64,000 bases of DNA from Eledone cirrhosa (Eukaryota), in NCBI GenBank assembly GCA_964016885.1, contig OZ024747.1, positions 2,356,001 to 2,420,000 on the forward strand, written 5' to 3'. Shown one piece after another: positions 55,803-64,000 of this stretch (within the stretch, counting starts at the first letter, position 1; every line of letters starts with the position of its first letter). Position numbers and translations under genes: made by a program. Below the pieces are notes generated by a model. That model saw only the letters and a program-made list of their open reading frames with translations, was not told the DNA's origin and did not search any database.

Positions 55803-56199
55803 TTAATAAAGTAAGTACAAGTCTAGGACCAGTGGATTGGTGGAATAGTTAGAAACGTTGGACAGGATAGCTCGTGGTATTTGATCTAGTTGTGTGTTCT
55901 GACTTTAAATCCTACCTTCCTTTACCAAGAGTTGTATCCAGCAGATAGTATCAGCAATAGAAAGATCAATGGAAACATAGTCCTTCCCTTTTTCATTGTA
56001 TATGTTTCTTTCACCCTCATCATTATTGAAAATGGAGACTCTCATTATGACATTGTGTATGGCACCTTTCTGATTGCTGGGAAAGTTGTGCTTCTGAAAA
56101 GGTCAAACCAGTCTGTTTTCTTCCTCCATGCACTCTGGTCCACAGTCAGTTCATGTCATCTTGAGAGGTTGAAACCAAAAGTATTTAGATTCTCTTTAA

Positions 56200-56420
56200 C
56201 CCTTTAACATTTGCATTACTCTATATATACTATTGTATTTTTGTGGTAAAGGCTTTATTTTACATAATTATCTCACATAATATCGAATCTATGAGATTTT
56301 GATAATATTTATTTTGAGAACAATACCTTAACATAAGTATGATTGGCATGTTTCGGCTACTTTAAACAGAAAGAGGTGATAGAATTCTGGCCAGATATGG
56401 CCGGTTTAAATGCTAAAGGG
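56200..56420. mobile_element. piggyBac-like MITE
   Basis: TTAA-CCCTTTAACATTT ... AAATGCTAAAGGG-TCAA: TIRs with a TTAA-like target site. Confidence 0.7.
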
Positions 56421-56424
56421 TCAA

Positions 56425-56750
56425 TGAAGTCCTTCCAGTGCTTCCATGGGTGGCCTCTGCTTCTCTTGTCACTTGCTAATTCACCAAACAGGAGTTGCTT
56501 TGGAATGTGACTATCTTGCATTCGTCATACATGTCCAAGACATCTGAGATGATTGTTTTGAATTACTGTTTTGACTGTGGTTGTCTTATCACAGCATAAT
56601 ACCTCTCTTTTAGTCCTTTTGTGCCACCATCTTATCTTAAATATCTGATACAAAGAACATTGATGGAAGGCATCTAATTGTATATTTAGTACTACATTAC
56701 CCAGTACACCTACTCCCATAGAATGAAGTATTGCATAGAAGAGAAGCCCC
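56425..56750 (-). mobile_element. RTE-clade LINE fragment
   Basis: LRCLGHV*RMQDSHIPKQLLFGELASDKRSRGHPWKHWKD matches the RTE C-terminal motif LRWLGHV.RM...R.PK.L.YG.L..G.R..G.P..RWKD. Confidence 0.8.
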
Positions 56751-56967
56751 ATTATCTCACAATATTATTCACAAAACTACACCATTACATACTGCCACTA
56801 GTCATTCATTGAACCACATAATATAATACAATATGATATTGAAAATGTTTTATAAGACAATAGACTTGGATAAACCTTAGTATTTCACAGTAGAGTAAAA
56901 CAAAATATAATACCTATCTGTAAACAAACGCATTCACTGAGATACACGATAGGAGGCAGGTACCAGT

Positions 56968-57865
56968 AATATATTACTGTGTAATTCTATATTACTGTGT
57001 CATTCTATATTACTGTGTAATATTACTGTCATCATCATCATTCCATTTTACGTCTGCTTTTCCCTGCTTGCAAGGGTGGGACGGGAACTGATTCTGGCTA
57101 GATTTCTACAGCTGGATGCCCTTCCTAACACCAACCTCATTTACAGTGTGTGCTGGGTGCTTTTTTGCCGTGGCACCTCCATGAGTGGAATGATATGGAC
57201 CCCAGTCCCTATCATCTCATTTCTACAGCTGAGTAAACTGGAGCAATGTGAAATAAAGTGTCTTGCTCAAGGAAACAACACATCACCCAGTCTGAGAATT
57301 GAACTCACAACCTTTCGATTGCAAGGCCAATGCTCTAACCACTAAGACATCTGCCTCCATTAATACAATACAATATAATAGATATACAATATATAGAATT
57401 ACACAGTAATATACAATTACTGTGTAATTCTATATTCTACTCTGTAATTCAATATTCTACTGTGTAATTCTATATTACTGTGTAATTCTATATTGTACTG
57501 TGTAATTCTATATTACTGTGTAATTCAATATTCTACTGTGTAATTCAATATTCTACTGTGTAATTCAATATTCTACTGTGTAATTCTATATTCTACTCTG
57601 TAATTCAATATTCTACTGTGTAATTCTATATTCTACTGTGTAATTCTATATTCTACTGTGTAATTCAATATTCTACTGTGTAATTCTATATTCTACTGTG
57701 TAATTCTATATTCTACTGTGTAATTCTATATTCTACTGTGTAATTCTATATTACTGTGTAATTCTATATTGTACTGTGTAATTCAATATTCTACTGTGTA
57801 ATTCAATATTCTACTGTGTAATTCTATATTGTACTGTGTAATTCAATATTCTACTGTGTAATTCT
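56968..57865. repeat. 18-20-bp minisatellite (CTACTGTGTAATTCTATATT) interrupted by a SINE
   Basis: Directly visible tandem units on both sides of 57029-57358. Confidence 0.9.
57029..57358 (-). mobile_element. Full-length tRNA-derived SINE (same family)
   Basis: Reverse-complement match to 30836-31172; interrupts the 18-20-bp minisatellite. Confidence 0.9.
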
Positions 57866-58678
57866 GAAAAATTTAAAATGTTCAGGAATATGTTATGCAA
57901 TAAAGCAAAGGAAACAACACAATATTTACAGTCAACAAAATCTGAAGAATATCTGAAGTATTAAGTGTACCCTGAATTCTTCTTTTTTTTCATGTTAAAT
58001 ACACAAAGAGGACCACTGAGTTTTATTGATTTAACAAAAGGGGTATTAATGATAAAAGGTTAGAAACTAATGTATATAGCATAGAATTTATGTTTATAGT
58101 AACAGACAAGATAAATTTTGTAGGGGTGGAATGAATCGGCTTTTGGGTCACAGGAAAGAGAAGAAAAAAACTCCTCTCAAAATTCAATGAGGCTGATAGG
58201 TAATACCTTAGAATAGGTGTGTGTATGGATGTGTTTCCATATATTTATGGGCTTTCCAGGTCCCAGAACAATGTACCAAGTGAAACCCCTTCTTATAGAG
58301 TTTGGTAATAAATCTTGCTTAGTTTTTAATTAGATATCAACTGAAACTAAGAAGTGGCAATTTAAGCAATATTTGTCGAGACGAAATCAATTATGCCAAT
58401 ATAGGATATCAGTGGAGGAGACAGATCAATGATCTCAGTATAGAATATCAGTGGTGAAGACAGATCAATGATATTAGTGGTGAAGACTAACCAATGATAT
58501 CACTATAGGATATCAGTAGAGGCTGATCAATGCTGATATTTAGGATATTAAGTATGACCAGTCAGTAATAACTATTGACTGAATATATATATATATATAT
58601 ATATATGGCAATATACATATATAAACATATATACATATATACACACATATATATATATACACACATATATATATATAT

Positions 58679-58731
<53 letters not shown>

Positions 58732-59521
58732 CACACATATATCATCATCATCACTTAAGCATGAAACTCCTGGTCCTTGCTGCTATTATAAAATATACAT
58801 TACTTACTCTACCCATGTATTGAGTTGTGTTTCTCATACTTACACAGAGAAACTTATATATATGGAAATTGGACAACCCAATTTAGCTGTCTGAGTTTGT
58901 ATACTCTATAAATAGGTACATTAATGGTATTTCTATAGATAGAAGATGGATAGCCATTCTCTGATGATGGTCTAACAAGATCAAAAGCTATTAAAATATA
59001 CTTCTATTTCTACCCACGAATATTTAAAAATGTACCCAGTAATACCATCTTATCAGAGGATTGGTAGATCAAATTCGTAAAAGTAACTCAAAATTTCCCC
59101 CAAATAGTGTATTGAGATAAATATTTGTGTGTTTTTCATATATATGTACAAATGCATATATATGTGTATATGCATACATATATGTGTGAATGCGTATATG
59201 TGTATGTATGCATATATCTGTGTAAATGTGTGTATGCATATATGTATGAGTATATGCATATATGTATGTGTGTATGCATATATGTGTGTGTGAGTGCATG
59301 CAAATTTTTCACTAAAGCGTTCATTTGCCTCTCACAATTTATCCACTACATTGATCAGTATATATACTCCTCTTTCAATCCATTTATTTATTTTCTCTAT
59401 CTTACCATTTTCTCCTTTTAATTTGTCAAATGTGACACCAGACCAAGTAATCAACACATTGGATGTTATATATTAGAGCTACCTCTTGTGGTCAATATAA
59501 GACACTATTATATATTACAAA

Positions 59522-59713
59522 GGGTGGTGGGTTGGCAGTATCAGTAGAGGGTCGGACGCCATGCTTTGACGCAAAGAGTTACGTTCCTTTACAATCTGAG
59601 TTCAAATCCCGCCGAGGTTAACTTTGCCTTTCATCCTTACGGGGTCGATAAAATAAAGTACCAGTAATGTACTGGGTAATTGCTGGCCTTGTGCCAAAAG
59701 TAGAAACAATTAT
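59522..59713 (+). mobile_element. Second SINE family copy
   Basis: Aligns along its length with 37655-37848. Confidence 0.85.
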
Positions 59714-60819
59714 ATTTTACAGCTAGCTCTTGTGACTAATATAAGACATTATATATTAGAGGTGATTGTATTTGGAAAATATACTGAAGTATAAATGTTT
59801 AGAATATATCTAAATATAATGAGGTGAAGTTTATTAATGACCACGTTCATTTATTAATAAGCAGCCAACACAACCCAACATTCTCTCTCTTCCTCATTCT
59901 CATACAAAATACAAGACCCACACCTCCAGAATGTTTTAGTTTTCACTCTTCTTAGTAACTGTATTATTGAACTCATATAAATACTTGTGTATCCATTTGA
60001 GCTTTTGAAGGTTGCTGTCAATACCTCCAGCATTCTTAATCTTTGTTCTACTGCTTCCCAGTGTGGTCTGCCTGAGGAAGGAAGCTCATGAGGTGGAAAG
60101 GCTGATGTAGTGTGTTTCCCTGGCTGTTCTCCATCTTGTCTATGGGGTGACAGCTGAGATATATCACCTAGCCAGGGTGTAGAGCCTGCCCCATCTGCCT
60201 CATCATTATTTAATTTTTTCTTTCACTTCCTGTTTATTATGTGACATCATAAATATTATTTGATACTGGCATTGACATTTTACATTTTGCTACAGATGAC
60301 ACAACAAAAATATATTACTTCACCTTGTAAAGTCATTGTGTTGGTGACACAACAAAAAGCACCAGTCCTCTCTGTTAAGTGATCATGTTGGTGACACAGC
60401 AAAAAGCACCAGTCCTCTCTGTTAAGTGATCATGTTGGTGCCACAACCAAAAGCACCCAGTCTAACCTATAAATGTGTGTGGCGGTAAGCAGGACATCCA
60501 GCCATAGAAAGAGTTTATATGAGCAAGATATGGTCATTTGATCAGATTTGTCTCACAACAGGACAACTCGTCTAACCTATGCTAGCATGGAAAAATGAAT
60601 GTTAAATGGTGATGACATTGATTTTTTTAACCTTGACATAAGATCACAAGTATATAGTAAAAAGAATCATTATTATGATTTAAGTCAATACAAGTCGTAT
60701 ACTTATTTAATTGATCTTAGTGACATAATGAAATAAGATCAACTCTGCTAGGATTTAAACTCAAGAATATAAAATGATATGGGTAAATACTGTAAGATAA
60801 AGAGTGGTGTTATATTATC

Positions 60820-61080
60820 CCTGGCAATGCATCACTGCCTATCGTAGGTCAGAATGTTTCAAGAAAGAATCGCTGGACAGATTTTATGGGCAAACCCAAC
60901 TGGCAGGAGACCCAGGGGTAGAACCCGAGCAAGATGGTTGGATAACATCCATGAGCTTGGCTGGTCTCACTTGGGGATCTAGGCGGATTAGTTGGCGACA
61001 GTTGCTTCTGATAGGACCTACTGGAGTGTCTGAGGACTCTGCCCCCCCTGACCCTCCCAGGAATAAGTGGGAGAATAAGA
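60820..61080 (+). mobile_element. RTE-clade LINE 3' fragment
   Basis: An alternative frame gives VRMFQERIAGQILWANPTGRRPRGRTRARWLDNI. Confidence 0.8.
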
Positions 61081-62044
61081 ATACATCACTCTGTATTTGA
61101 GGGTGTGGATTGGTAGAATTAGTATAGAATGCCAGTCTTTGTTATATTTAGTTAGATCACTTTACCTTCTGAGTACAAATTCTGATGGGTTTGAATTTAT
61201 AAAATTAATAAAATAAAGTACTTGGTTCAATATTATCAACTATGCTTTTCCTTAGATTTGTGGTCTTAATCCTAAACAAGAAATCAGTGATTACTACAGA
61301 AGGCAATGAAGGTTAGCTTTGCCTTTCATCCTTACGGGGTCGATAAAATAAAGTACCAGTAATGTACTGGGGGATAATTGCTGGCCTTGTGCCAAAAGTA
61401 GAAACAATTATTATTGGAAAGTATTGTTATTACATTAAAAATTATTATTATTACTTTAGGAATTATTATTCTTACATTAGAAATTATAATGATAATGATT
61501 TCTATATCTTTTATTCCATAGTGAAGGTTGTTTAAAGCATAAAACTCAAACAAATTGTGACAAGCAAAATATATAATTCTGCTTGTCACGACATTGTAAT
61601 CCTTAAAACCAACATTAAGGAAAATGAAACTTGAAAAAACATTGCAAATCATGAAAAAGACTTTTTTAACCTAAAAACAATTTCCTTATTATAATTGCCA
61701 AATTTACCCCTGGAATAAAATCTCTTCCCGGGGGAAATTTCTTCCAGGTTAAGAATTATATCAAATTAGTAGCCTTATGCCTATATAAGAAATCAATATT
61801 ATACCAGCCTTTCTCATATTCTCTCTCTCTCCCTCTCTCTCTCACTCTTCTCTCTCTCTCTCTCACTCTTCTCTCTCTCTCTCTCACTCTCTCTCTCCCT
61901 CCCACATTCTCTCTCACACTCTTCTTTCTCTCCTTTAAGTTCTCCATGTTTTTGTGTTTTCCCTCCTTTTATTTTTCACTTCTTCCCTTCTTTTCTTATA
62001 TATTCTTATCACTTCTTCCTGCTGTTATTCTTATTAACTCCCTT

Positions 62045-62615
62045 AATACCACCACTACTACTACTACTACTCCTACTACTACTAATACTACAACCACCAC
62101 CACCACCACCACTACTACTACTACTACCACTACCACTACTACTACTACTACTAATAATAATAATACTACTACAACCACCACCACCACTAGCACTACTACA
62201 ACCACCACCACCACCACCACCACTACTACAACCACCACCACTACTACTACTACTACTACAACCACCACCGCTACTACTACTACAACCACCACCACCACCA
62301 CCACCACTAATACTACTACTACAACCACCACCACCACCACTACTACTACTACTACAACAGCCACCACCACCACCACCACCACTACTACAACCGCCACCAC
62401 CACCACTACTATTGCTACTACCACCACCACCACCACCACCACTACTACTACTACTACAACCACCACCACCACCACTACTACTACAACCACTACTACTACA
62501 ACTACTACAACCACCACCACTACTACTACTACTACAACCACCACCACCACTACTGCTACAACCACCACCACTACTACTACTACTACAACCACCACCACCA
62601 CTACTACTACTATTG

Positions 62616-62651
<36 letters not shown>

Positions 62652-62689
62652 TAACCACCACCACTACTACTACTACTACTATAACCACC

Positions 62690-62723
<34 letters not shown>

Positions 62724-62725
62724 TA

Positions 62726-62756
<31 letters not shown>

Positions 62757-62758
62757 TA

Positions 62759-62805
<47 letters not shown>

Positions 62806-62842
62806 AACCACCACCACCACCACTACTACTACTACAACCACC

Positions 62843-62874
<32 letters not shown>

Positions 62875-62963
62875 AACCACCACCACCACTACTACTACTA
62901 CAACCACCACCACCACTACTACTGCTACTACCACCACCACCACCACCACTACTACTACTATTG

Positions 62964-62999
<36 letters not shown>

Positions 63000-63065
63000 T
63001 AACCACCACCACTACTACTACTACTACTATAACCACCACCACCACCACTACTACTACTACTACTG

Positions 63066-63149
<84 letters not shown>

Positions 63150-64000
63150 TAACCACCACCACCACTACTACTACTACTACTATAATCACCACCACCACCA
63201 CTACTACTACTATAATCACCACCACCACTACTACTACTACAACCACCACCACCACCACCACCACTACTACTACTACTACAACCACCACCACCACCACCAC
63301 TACTACTACTACTACTACAACCACCACCACCACTACTACAACCACCACCACCACCACCACTACTACAACCACCACTACCACCACTACTACTACTACTACT
63401 ACAACCACCACCACCACCACTACTACTACTACAACCACCACCACCACCACCACCACTACTACTACTACAACCACCACCACCACCACTACTACTACTACTA
63501 CTACAACCACCACCACCACCACTACTACTACAACCACCACCACCACCACCACCACTACTACTACTACAAACACCACCACCACCACCACTACAACCACCAT
63601 CACCACCACCACCACCACTACAACCACCACCACCACCACCACCACTACTACTACAACAACCACCACCACCACCACTACTACTACAACCACCACCACCACC
63701 ACCACCGCTACTACTACCACTACTACTACAACCACCACCACCACCACCACCACTACAACCACCACCACCACCACCACTACTACTACAACCACCACCACCA
63801 CCACCACCACTACTACTACTACAACCACCACCACCACTACCACTACTACTACAACCACCACCACCACCACCACCACTACTACTACTACAACCACCACCAT
63901 CACCACTACTACTACAACCACCACCACCACCACCACCGCTACTACTACCACTACTACTACAACCACCACCACCACTACAACCACCACCACCACCACCACT
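62045..64000. repeat. (ACT)/(ACC)/(ACA) compound trinucleotide array running off the window
   Basis: Directly visible; source of the poly-Val ORF. Confidence 0.98.

Noticed and set aside
61996-63999. 667-aa poly-Val ORF, and the Thr/His/Pro-rich ORFs at 52396-53094
   Set aside because: Trinucleotide repeat artefacts with no domain content or splice context.

Overview
AT-rich, microsatellite-dense eukaryotic DNA, most likely from an octopus, judged from the protocadherin type and the SINE families. The one clear host gene is a + strand protocadherin. A single ~2.5-kb exon (25827-28351) encodes the signal peptide, 6 cadherin repeats, the TM helix and the proximal tail, and is spliced in phase 0 to a cytoplasmic exon at 43348-43498. 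A diverged look-alike of that tail module sits at 31699-31973, suggesting alternative cytoplasmic tails. The rest is intron or intergenic DNA with tRNA-derived SINEs, fragments of Penelope (GIY-YIG), R4/Dong (RLE), CR1, RTE and Tc1 elements, MITEs and minisatellites. The most striking non-genic pattern is a recurring set of fold-back (hairpin) insertions anchored in (TA)n tracts, several carrying hammerhead-ribozyme-like cores and four lying in the protocadherin intron. Most ORFs in the supplied track are microsatellite artefacts. Everything here was read by eye; no searches were run.
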